Origin: an uncultured SAR116 cluster alpha proteobacterium
GTDB lineage: Bacteria; Pseudomonadota; Alphaproteobacteria; Puniceispirillales; Marisalimonadaceae
Assembly (NCBI GenBank): GCA_902615025.1
Contig: CACMNV010000004.1
Coordinates: 9,242 to 73,241 of the forward strand
Length of the DNA: 64,000 nucleotides
Direction: 5' to 3'
In this document: piece after piece, positions 10,968 to 19,281 of the stretch
How the letters are laid out: the number at the start of each line of letters is the position of its first letter
Numbering within the stretch: the stretch's first letter is position 1
Notes under the pieces: model-generated
Seen by the model: only the letters and a program-made list of their open reading frames with translations
Told to the model about the DNA's origin: nothing
Databases searched by the model: none
Translations under genes and position numbers: made by a program

Positions 10968-11819
10968 TTAAAACTTTGCTTCTGCTCTCATAGTCACACC
11001 AAATTCTTTTGTTGCACCCCAACAGCTTACTGAACCATCATCCATTTTATCTACACCAACCATATACTCACTATCTGCAAAAACAGGTGCCATGACTTTA
11101 TGAGTGAATGACTTTACTGGCTTACCCATCAATTTTTCAGCAGCTCTTAATAAATAAGTTGCCTGAAGTGGTCCATGTACAATTAAGCCAGGGTAATTTT
11201 CTTCATTAACTGTGTATGGATGATCATAATGAATTCTATGCCCAACAAATCCAATTGCGGAATATCTAAATAATATAGTTGGATGCATAAAAATTTTTTC
11301 GCTTAAATCTGCTTTCTCAGGTATGTCTTTTGAATAACCTGAGCCACCTCCAGACTTTGAAATATCTCTGTAAACAATATTGTGTTTTTCATTAATAGTT
11401 ACTTCATCATTGACTAAGAAATTATATTCTGCTGTTACAAAACATAAAAGACCAGTTCGTCCTTCTTTAACTTGAATGTCAGCTACAGTTGATTGTTTAA
11501 TAACTTTGTCACCTACTCTGATTGGTTTTAAGACTTTAATTTCACTTCCTGCCCACATTCTTCTTGGCAAAGGAACAGGAGGTAAAAATTCACCTAATGC
11601 TGGATGAGAATCTACACCAAGTTCATCATTTTTAACTAAATTCCACCCTAACATCCAATGTAATCCAGAAGTGACTGGATCTCCATCCTTAGGATTTCCT
11701 ATATCCATATTTAGCGTTGCTCTATATCTTTGTTCAACAATTGGTGTTACATAGTCGGTAACATTATCTATTTTTCCGATCCATTTTCTTAAATGATCAA
11801 TATCAACTTTTGTAGACAT
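10968..11819 (-). CDS. two-domain hot-dog hydratase (itaconyl-CoA / mesaconyl-C4-CoA hydratase family, Ich/Meh-like)
   Basis: 283 aa. RRMWAGSEI in the N-terminal half and GHRIHYDHPYT...GLIVHGPL in the C-terminal half, as I recall for the Ich/Meh/HTD2-type family. First gene of the minus-strand operon. Confidence 0.7.
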   Translation of the reverse strand: MSTKVDIDHLRKWIGKIDNVTDYVTPIVEQRYRATLNMDIGNPKDGDPVTSGLHWMLGWNLVKNDELGVDSHPALGEFLPPVPLPRRMWAGSEIKVLKPIRVGDKVIKQSTVADIQVKEGRTGLLCFVTAEYNFLVNDEVTINEKHNIVYRDISKSGGGSGYSKDIPEKADLSEKIFMHPTILFRYSAIGFVGHRIHYDHPYTVNEENYPGLIVHGPLQATYLLRAAEKLMGKPVKSFTHKVMAPVFADSEYMVGVDKMDDGSVSCWGATKEFGVTMRAEAKF

Positions 11820-12015
11820 AATAATTAAGCCCTATAATTTTAATTAGTGAATTAAAATGATTCTATTAATTAAATCCCAGATTTTGCATTAGATAAAGTT
11901 AAAAATGTAAAAAATAACAAGATTTTAATTTTACTATTTAAAAAAGTATTATTTAATAGAAAATTGATAAAAAAAACTTGAATCTAATTATAAATAATAT
12001 CTTTAGGAGATTTTT

Positions 12016-13563
12016 TTGAACGGTGCAGATACTCTAGTAGGGACATTATTAGAAGGTAATGTTGATGTGTGTTTTACAAACCCAGGAACCTCTGAAATGC
12101 ACTTCGTTGCTGCATTAGATAATTATAAAAATATGAGAAGCATTTTATGTTTGTTTGAAGGTTGCGCAACTGGAGCTGCAGATGGATATTATAGAATGAA
12201 AAGATCAGCGGCTTCGACTTTATTACATTTAGGACCAGGATTAGCAAATGGATTAGCAAATTTACATAATGCAAAAAAAGCTAATTCTGGAATTGTTAAT
12301 ATAGTAGGTGAACATGCTCTTGATCATATAAAGTTAAATGCTCCGTTAACCTCTGACATAGAGGGTATAGCGAGACCTGTTTCAAGTTGGATAAAAACTA
12401 GCAAATCATCTAAAGAAATAGGAATGGATGCAGCAGAAGCTATAAAAGCAGCCAATAAAAAACCTGGAGAAATTGCAACACTAATATTACCTGGTGATAC
12501 TGCGTGGAATGAGGGATCAAAAATTGAAGAGGTAATACTACATAATAATACAAAAAAAGTTCCTACAGATTTAATTAAAGAAGCAATATCAGAAATACAA
12601 AAAGCCAATAACCCATTAATACTAGTAGGAGGGCCTGCATTAGAAGAAAATAATCTTGTTAAATTAGCTTTAATAGCAGAAAAGCTTGGATGTGAATTAA
12701 AAACAGACTGGTTTAATGCACGACTAGACAAAGGAGCAGGAAGGATAAATTCAATAAGAATCCCATATGTAGTTGATAAAGCAGTTGAAGCCTTAAAAAA
12801 TTTTGACACTATTGTTAATATCTGTGCCAGACAACCTGTCGCCTTTTTTGCTTATCCTAATAAACCGGGAATTTTAACCCAAGACAAAACAAATTTTATA
12901 GAATTAGCTGAATTATCTGATGATATAAGATCTTTAATCAATGAATTTTCAGATCTTGCAAATGTTACTTCTAAAAACCCTAAAACAATATCAGAATTTA
13001 ATCCACCAGAAATACCTCAAGGTCCAATTAATACAACTTCTCTAGGCATGGCCCTAGGAGCTTTAATGCCAGAGAACGCAATTGTAGTTGATGAGTCAGT
13101 GACAACTGGCAGAGAGTTTTTTTATCAAACTGCAGGTTCTCATCCTCACACATGGTTAAACAATTGTGGAGGATCTATTGGATTTGGTATGCCTGTAGCG
13201 ATTGGCGCGGCAATAGCTTGTCCAAACCAGAAAGTCATTTCTCTTGAAGGTGATGGTAGCGCTATGTATACCGTCCAATCTTTATGGACAATGGCAAGAG
13301 AGAATTTAGATATTGTTATTTTAATTTTTGCTAACCAAAGTTACAAAATTTTGCAAGGAGAATTAAAGAATGTTGGTGTAACAAATCCAGGGAAATCTGC
13401 CATTGAAATGTTGTCACTTAAAAACCCAGAATTAGATTGGACTTCAATATCTAAAGGAATGGGTGTAGATGCAGTTAAAGTAGAAAATATAGAGGATTTA
13501 GTTAAATATTTTAAATATGGAATAAAAGAAAATGGTCCATTTTTAATTGAGGTTTTGATCTAA
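12016..13563 (+). CDS. thiamine-diphosphate-dependent enzyme (acetolactate synthase large-subunit-like / decarboxylase-lyase family)
   Basis: 515 aa. N-terminal PYR domain (GADTLVGTLLEGNVDVCFTNPGTSEMHF) and C-terminal ThDP motif GDGSAMYTVQSLWT...N. TTG start preceded by AGGAGA with a 5-nt spacer. Confidence 0.85.
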   Translation: MNGADTLVGTLLEGNVDVCFTNPGTSEMHFVAALDNYKNMRSILCLFEGCATGAADGYYRMKRSAASTLLHLGPGLANGLANLHNAKKANSGIVNIVGEHALDHIKLNAPLTSDIEGIARPVSSWIKTSKSSKEIGMDAAEAIKAANKKPGEIATLILPGDTAWNEGSKIEEVILHNNTKKVPTDLIKEAISEIQKANNPLILVGGPALEENNLVKLALIAEKLGCELKTDWFNARLDKGAGRINSIRIPYVVDKAVEALKNFDTIVNICARQPVAFFAYPNKPGILTQDKTNFIELAELSDDIRSLINEFSDLANVTSKNPKTISEFNPPEIPQGPINTTSLGMALGALMPENAIVVDESVTTGREFFYQTAGSHPHTWLNNCGGSIGFGMPVAIGAAIACPNQKVISLEGDGSAMYTVQSLWTMARENLDIVILIFANQSYKILQGELKNVGVTNPGKSAIEMLSLKNPELDWTSISKGMGVDAVKVENIEDLVKYFKYGIKENGPFLIEVLI

Positions 13564-13587
13564 TAGATAAATTATTAATATGATTAA

Positions 13588-13941
13588 ATGCCTATTTTAA
13601 AATTATACAAAGATAAAAATATAGATTGTAAAATGGACCTGGTTTCAATTGAGGATTATCTAATCAAAATGATGAATACAGAATTTAACGCTAGGCTTGA
13701 AAATTGCCAAATAATTTGGATAGCCACAGAAATATTAAAATCTGAGTACAAAATTTATGGTGAATTACTTTTACGTAAAAATGAGAACCGTACAAACTTA
13801 ATAAAAAATAATTTTTTAAATAAAATTGGTAAAAAATTATCAAAAAGTTTTTCTACAAATATTAGGTTAAGATCATTTTCAATTAAAGATGAATTAATTA
13901 ATGCGGCACAGATTAAATTAGGGGAAGATGATGACGGATAA
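13588..13941 (+). CDS. hypothetical protein, possible tautomerase-superfamily member (N-terminal Met-Pro)
   Basis: 117 aa beginning MPILKLY. Its end overlaps the next gene by 14 nt (coupled). The fold assignment is inference only. Confidence 0.5.
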   Translation: MPILKLYKDKNIDCKMDLVSIEDYLIKMMNTEFNARLENCQIIWIATEILKSEYKIYGELLLRKNENRTNLIKNNFLNKIGKKLSKSFSTNIRLRSFSIKDELINAAQIKLGEDDDG

Positions 13942-14737
13942 AAACATTGTACTTTGTGAAATAGATAGTAGAGGAATTGCAAATATTCATTTAAACAGAC
14001 CTCATAAAAATAATGCTTACAATGGGGAAATGATTGAGAGATTACTTGAAGTTTTTGAAGGTCTAAGTTCTCATAAATCTCTAAAAGCTATAGTAATAAG
14101 AGGTAATGGAAAACATTTTCAAGCTGGAGCAGATTTAGAATGGTTAAAGGAAATTGGAAAATTAACAAAAGATGAAAATTTCATAGTATCTAAAAAAACT
14201 GCTTTAGCGATAAAAGGTCTAACAGAATTTCCTAGACCCGTAATTTCTATAGTTCATGGTGGTTGCTTTGGTGGTGGAACAGGAATTGTAGCTGCATCTG
14301 ATATTGTAATAGCAGAAACGAAATCAATTTTTTCAATATCGGAAACTCGTTGGGGTGTAATGGCAGGCATAATAATACCTCAACTAAATAAATCCATTGG
14401 AGTTAGAAATGTCAGAAGATATGCAGTTTCTTCTGAGAGATTTAATGCAGATGAAGCCAAAAGAATTGGTTTAGTGCATGAAGTTTTAGATGAACAATTT
14501 ATTGAAGAAAAGTTAGAATCTATTTTAGATCACATTTTATTATGTGGTCCAGAGGCAATTTACCAAACAAAAATGAGAGCTTTAAAAGAAGCAAGCTTGA
14601 TTTTAACCGATAAGGAATTTAATGAATTGGTTGAAGAACATTCACTAAAAAGGATGAGCAATGAGGCTTTTGAAGGTCTAAATAGTTTTTCTGAAAAAAG
14701 AAATCCTTCTTGGTATCCAAAAATAAAGGATAATTGA
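13928..14737 (+). CDS. enoyl-CoA hydratase/isomerase (crotonase) family protein
   Basis: 269 aa. Crotonase oxyanion-hole regions (FQAGADL..., GGCFGGGTGIVAASD) and a methylglutaconyl-CoA-hydratase-like length. Confidence 0.85.
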   Translation: MMTDKNIVLCEIDSRGIANIHLNRPHKNNAYNGEMIERLLEVFEGLSSHKSLKAIVIRGNGKHFQAGADLEWLKEIGKLTKDENFIVSKKTALAIKGLTEFPRPVISIVHGGCFGGGTGIVAASDIVIAETKSIFSISETRWGVMAGIIIPQLNKSIGVRNVRRYAVSSERFNADEAKRIGLVHEVLDEQFIEEKLESILDHILLCGPEAIYQTKMRALKEASLILTDKEFNELVEEHSLKRMSNEAFEGLNSFSEKRNPSWYPKIKDN

Positions 14738-14738
14738 T

Positions 14739-16088
14739 ATGTCATCATTAGTTATTAATTCAAAAATCTGGGGTGAAATGTTTGGTACCAGAGAAATGTC
14801 AGAAATTTTTTCAGATAAAAACACTATACAATATTACCTCGATGTTGAAGCTGCACTTGCTCGAGTTCAATCAAGATTAGGGATAATTCCTAAAACCTGT
14901 GGTTTAGAAATTTCAAAAGTTGCAAAAACAGATTGGATTGACTGGGAATTATTAGAAAAAAGAACTTCTATTGTAGGGTATCCAATTTTACCATTAGTTG
15001 AACAATTAAGCTTAAAAGTAAAAAAGAATTTCGGGCAATATTGCCATTGGGGAGCAACAACACAAGATATAATGGACACAGCTGATGTTTTACAAATTAG
15101 AGATGCTTTATCAATCTTATTATCTGATTTAGTTGGAATTAAAAAAGTTTTAAAAAAACTTGTAAAAAAGTACATCAACACACCAATGTCTGGAAGAACT
15201 CATTTACAGCATGCTTTACCTACTTCTTTTGGCTATAAATGTAGCACATGGTTATCTGGTATTGAGAGACATATTGATAGAATTAAAGAAATAAAAGAGA
15301 GATTATTTTACGTTTCTTTTTTTGGAGCTGCAGGAACTCTTGCCTCTTTAGGAGAGAAAAATGGGCTAAGGACAAAGAACGGACTTGCTAAAGAATTAAA
15401 ATTAAAATCTCCAGATGTGAGTTGGCATTCGATTAGAGATAATTTTTGTGAGTTATCATCTTGGATTTCTCTAGTTAGCGCATCATTAGGTAAAATTGCT
15501 TATGATGTTATGCTAATGATGCAAACTGAAGTACAAGAGGTTAATGAGCCTTTTATTCATGGTAGGGGTTCATCTTCTACTATGCCACAAAAAAGAAATC
15601 CAATTTCATCTGAAGTGATTCTAGCTTGTTCTAAACTTTTAAGAGAACATCACTCTGCTATGCTTGATAGTATGGTATTAGATCATGAAAGAGCTACTGG
15701 TCAATGGCATTTGGAGTGGTACACATTACCTAAAATGTTTATAATTGCCTCTTCTTCATTTCGATGCTCAAGAGAATTATTAGAAGGAATCCAAGTTGAT
15801 AAAAAGAAAATGATAAATAATTTAAATCATACTAACGGACTAATTTTAGCCGAATCTGTAATGATGAAAATTGCTCCAAAACTTGGAAGACAAATAGCTC
15901 ACGATCTAGTATATGATTGCTGTAGAAAATCAATAACTAATAACATGAGTTTACTTGAAACACTAATAATGGATGAAAAAATATCTAAAAATTTTAGAAG
16001 AGAAGAAATAGAATTTTGTTTAAATCCTAAGAATTATTTAGGTGCTGCACCCAGAATGGCAGAAGAACTTTTAAAAAATGTCAAATGA
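14739..16088 (+). CDS. class II fumarase/aspartase-superfamily lyase, 3-carboxy-cis,cis-muconate cycloisomerase (PcaB)-like / adenylosuccinate-lyase-like
   Basis: 449 aa. Has the superfamily signature GSSSTMPQKRNP and WGATTQD, HLQHALP segments. Confidence 0.8.
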   Translation: MSSLVINSKIWGEMFGTREMSEIFSDKNTIQYYLDVEAALARVQSRLGIIPKTCGLEISKVAKTDWIDWELLEKRTSIVGYPILPLVEQLSLKVKKNFGQYCHWGATTQDIMDTADVLQIRDALSILLSDLVGIKKVLKKLVKKYINTPMSGRTHLQHALPTSFGYKCSTWLSGIERHIDRIKEIKERLFYVSFFGAAGTLASLGEKNGLRTKNGLAKELKLKSPDVSWHSIRDNFCELSSWISLVSASLGKIAYDVMLMMQTEVQEVNEPFIHGRGSSSTMPQKRNPISSEVILACSKLLREHHSAMLDSMVLDHERATGQWHLEWYTLPKMFIIASSSFRCSRELLEGIQVDKKKMINNLNHTNGLILAESVMMKIAPKLGRQIAHDLVYDCCRKSITNNMSLLETLIMDEKISKNFRREEIEFCLNPKNYLGAAPRMAEELLKNVK

Positions 16089-16510
16089 AAAACTCTTTAA
16101 ACAAAAATGATTTTTATAATTTTTTAAGTGAGACTTTTCCTCAAGTTTCAAATCTTTTTAAAATAAGAAATTTAACTCCAGGAAATGTATCCTTAGAAAT
16201 GAGTATCAACTATGAACACTTAAGACCAGGTAATACTATATCTGGACCTACAATGTTTCTTTTAGCAGATGTGAGTTTTTATTTATCAATTTTATCTAAA
16301 GTAGGACTTGAGAGCTTAGCAGTTACAACTAATTGTTCAATTGATTTTTTAAGAAAACCATCTGAAAAAAATTTATATAGTCAAAATAGAATTTTAAAAA
16401 TTGGCAAATCTTTATGTGTGGGAGATGTTTTGATATATTCCGTTGATTTGAAAGATCCTGTAGCTCATGCATCATTAACATATTCTATTCCTCCCAAAAA
16501 ATCTTTTTAA
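16085..16510 (+). CDS. PaaI/hot-dog family acyl-CoA thioesterase
   Basis: 141 aa of PaaI-like size and pattern (GNTISGPTMFLLADV). ATGA overlap with the upstream gene. Confidence 0.7.
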   Translation: MKNSLNKNDFYNFLSETFPQVSNLFKIRNLTPGNVSLEMSINYEHLRPGNTISGPTMFLLADVSFYLSILSKVGLESLAVTTNCSIDFLRKPSEKNLYSQNRILKIGKSLCVGDVLIYSVDLKDPVAHASLTYSIPPKKSF

Positions 16511-16559
16511 TGAACAAAAATTCTGTTACGTTTTATTAAATTAAATATTGGAGATTTAG

Positions 16560-17369
16560 ATGAGCTTTGTGAAAACAGAAACAAATGGTCAGATTTTTGT
16601 AATCAGATTAAATAGACCTGAAAGATTAAATGCGCTTAGCACTGTTATTAGAGAGGGAATGGCTGAAGCTTTTACCAAGTTTCATAATGATAATAATTTA
16701 GAAGTTGCTATTTTAACTGGTACTGGAAGAGGTTTTTGCGCAGGCGAAGACATGAAAGAATCGTTAGATAGAGGAATTGCTGGGTCTCCAAAAGAGATGG
16801 TTAAAAAAGATTTAACAAACCCTTTTCAAGATGGGATTTTACAAAAACCTGTAATAGCAGCAGTAAATGGTTTTGCAATGGGAGGAGGTTTCATGCTTGT
16901 TGAAAGATGCGACTTAAGAATTGCAGTGAAAGAAGCTATTTTTGAAATGTCTGAAGCAAAAAGATGGTTGTTAGGAGGATATAATCACGGTCACTATGGT
17001 AACTTACCACATCCCGTAGCTACTGAAATGGCTTTTGGTTACAGAATAAATGCAGAAAGAATGTATCAAGTAGGTTTTGTTAATAGGCTAGTTGACCAAG
17101 AAAATTTAATGGAAAAAGCGCATTCAATGGCAAAGCATCTTCTTTCACTTCCACCAGCCTCAAGAGTTAATACTTTGTACATGATGAAACATATGGCACC
17201 TAAACTACCTTCAAATATAACACATTTAGCAGAAAAACTTCACCTTCATGGCGATACCGAAGATCGAATGGAAAGTAGAAGAGCTTTCGCTGAAAAAAGA
17301 GAACCAAATTATAAAGGATGGTTAAACCCAGATGACAGATACAATATGCCAAAGTTAGAAGAAGAATAA
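16560..17369 (+). CDS. enoyl-CoA hydratase/isomerase (crotonase) family protein
   Basis: 269 aa (RPERLNAL, GRGFCAGEDM, NGFAMGGGFMLVERCD). Confidence 0.85.
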   Translation: MSFVKTETNGQIFVIRLNRPERLNALSTVIREGMAEAFTKFHNDNNLEVAILTGTGRGFCAGEDMKESLDRGIAGSPKEMVKKDLTNPFQDGILQKPVIAAVNGFAMGGGFMLVERCDLRIAVKEAIFEMSEAKRWLLGGYNHGHYGNLPHPVATEMAFGYRINAERMYQVGFVNRLVDQENLMEKAHSMAKHLLSLPPASRVNTLYMMKHMAPKLPSNITHLAEKLHLHGDTEDRMESRRAFAEKREPNYKGWLNPDDRYNMPKLEEE

Positions 17370-17382
17370 AATAGGTCGTAAA

Positions 17383-18594
17383 ATGAATGCAATTAATGGA
17401 GCTTTATCAGGATTAAAAATAGTGGCTTGTTCTACAGCCCAAGCTGGAACTGTGCCATACATGCTCATGGCAGATTTAGGGGCAGATGTAATAAAGATTG
17501 AAACACCTGTCAAAGGAGATAATAACCGTAAATCAGGTTATTTATTTGGAGAAACTAGTTCTTTTTTTGAAACAAACAATCGTGGTGTTAAGAGTTTAAC
17601 TTTAAATCTTAAATCTGAAAAAGGTCAAAAAATTTTACATAAACTTGTAAAAGAAGCCGATATCTTTGGACAAAATTTTAGACCAGGTGTAGCAAAAAAA
17701 CTTAATTTTGATTATGAAACACTAGAAAAAATTAACCCTAAAATCATTTATGCATCTGTTTCAGCCTATGGTCCTGACGCGCCAGATGGTCATTTGCCAG
17801 GCACTGATGCTGTCGGACAGGCACTAAGCGGAATTGCAGAAGCTTATTCTATACCAGGGAACAATTTGAGAACTGGAGTTGCGTCTGTAGCTGACGAAAC
17901 CTGTGCAATTTTAACTTTTGGAGGAATACTTGCCGCATATATTAATGCGCAAAAAACAGGTAAGGGCCAAAAACTAGAAACTTCACTAGTTGGAAGCGCA
18001 TTCAGATTACAGGGCTGGACTATGACAACTTCCATGTGGAGTAATAAACCTCCAATTACTGGCGCAAGGATAAACGGAACAAGAGAACGTCCTGGTATTG
18101 CTGCGTGTTTTAATGACAAAAATGGCAAACCTTTTGCTCTTCAGTTAGAACCTAACAGTTGGTTAGATGCTATGAATGTTTTAGGCTTCAAAGACAATTT
18201 AGAAAAAGATGGTCTATTAGATTTAGGGTTGGCATTTGAATCAGAAGATAAAAAAACCGAGATCTTAGATAAACTAGCAGAGCTCTTTTCAACTAACGAA
18301 AGAGATCACTGGATTTCAATATTAAGAAAAGCTGACAAGATTTCAACCCATGTAAATACAATGTTGGAAGCTTCATTTGATCCAAATATAGTAAATAATA
18401 ATTATGTAACTGAAGTTTGGTATCCTGAATTAAACAAAAATTTAAAAGTACATGGAACTCCTTGGAAGTTTTCTAAAACTCCAGCAAATATTAAAAGAGC
18501 TCCTAAACTTGGTGAACACAATTCAGAAATTCTTAAAAATTTAGGATATACAGATGATGAAATTGAAAATTTAACAAACGAAAAAATTATTTAA
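17383..18594 (+). CDS. family III CoA-transferase
   Basis: 403 aa. LSGLKIVACSTAQAGTVPYMLMADLGADVIKIETP is the family III signature. Confidence 0.9.
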   Translation: MNAINGALSGLKIVACSTAQAGTVPYMLMADLGADVIKIETPVKGDNNRKSGYLFGETSSFFETNNRGVKSLTLNLKSEKGQKILHKLVKEADIFGQNFRPGVAKKLNFDYETLEKINPKIIYASVSAYGPDAPDGHLPGTDAVGQALSGIAEAYSIPGNNLRTGVASVADETCAILTFGGILAAYINAQKTGKGQKLETSLVGSAFRLQGWTMTTSMWSNKPPITGARINGTRERPGIAACFNDKNGKPFALQLEPNSWLDAMNVLGFKDNLEKDGLLDLGLAFESEDKKTEILDKLAELFSTNERDHWISILRKADKISTHVNTMLEASFDPNIVNNNYVTEVWYPELNKNLKVHGTPWKFSKTPANIKRAPKLGEHNSEILKNLGYTDDEIENLTNEKII

Positions 18595-19117
18595 TTTCTT
18601 CAAGCTCTTTTATAAACTTTTTAAAATTATCTACATAATGCTTAGATGATCTAGTCATATCTTTTATCATTTCTGGACTTAATTCTCTTACTGCTTTTGC
18701 TGGAGAGCCAATAATTAACATACCATCAGGAAATTCTTTGTTTTCAGTAACTAAAGCTCCTGCGCCAACAAGACAATTATTTCCGATTTTTGCATTGTTA
18801 AGTATAGTTGCTCCCATTCCTACCAAAGAATTATTTCCAATAGTACAACCGTGAATTATTGCATTATGGCCTATAGTACAATTATTTCCAATTGTTACAG
18901 GAGTATTTGGATCAACATGAATAATTGTATTTTCTTGAATATTAGTTTCATCTCCTATTTTGATGAGATCATTATCACCTCTTAAAACCGAACCAAACCA
19001 AATTCCAACATCCTGACCTAGAATAACATTACCTATGACATGCGCATCTGGTGCCACCCAATAAGAACCTTCAGAAGGTAATTGAGGCTCTTTTTTTCCT
19101 AAATTGTAAATCGGCAT
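18587..19117 (-). CDS. gamma-carbonic-anhydrase-like / left-handed beta-helix (PaaY/CaiE/YrdA family) protein
   Basis: Hexapeptide repeats throughout (IGNNCTIGHNAIIHGCTIGNNSLVGMGA). I prefer ATG at 19117, preceded by GGAGAAAAA, over the track start at 19180. The homologous region begins at MPIYNLG. Confidence 0.85.
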   Translation of the reverse strand: MPIYNLGKKEPQLPSEGSYWVAPDAHVIGNVILGQDVGIWFGSVLRGDNDLIKIGDETNIQENTIIHVDPNTPVTIGNNCTIGHNAIIHGCTIGNNSLVGMGATILNNAKIGNNCLVGAGALVTENKEFPDGMLIIGSPAKAVRELSPEMIKDMTRSSKHYVDNFKKFIKELEEIK

Positions 19118-19281
19118 TTTTTCTCCCTGATAATTGTTTTTAATACTAATCATTAATTCATTAATCAATTCGATCAACAAGGATAATTATTGTCAAGAAA
19201 AGAAAATATTTTACGCTACAATTGTATTATTTTTAATATAAATCCAAATGTGTTTTTTTTTCTAATTGTTACTAAAATAAT

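Noticed and set aside
11820-12015. Possible riboswitch (e.g. TPP) or structured leader in the 196-bp divergent spacer before the ThDP-enzyme operon. The AT-only inverted repeat ATTTTAATT-AGTG-AATTAAAAT is also here.
   Set aside because: No conserved riboswitch core sequences (e.g. the CUGAGA element of the THI-box) are visible. The region is almost pure A/T, and the short AT-only palindromes are expected by chance.
12324-12809. 161-aa minus-strand ORF (and 12074-12274) inside the ThDP-enzyme gene
   Set aside because: It is antisense to a well-supported 515-aa CDS, I recognise no motifs in it, and it is typical of a shadow frame.
19118-19180. N-terminal extension of the beta-helix protein (track start 19180). 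The same issue arises at 36122-36151 for pcaG and 24503-24541 for the hydroxylase.
   Set aside because: The extensions have no counterpart in the homologous families and would overlap upstream coding sequence (pcaG, hydroxylase). Internal ATG codons sit right where the homology begins, with better SD or stop-start coupling.
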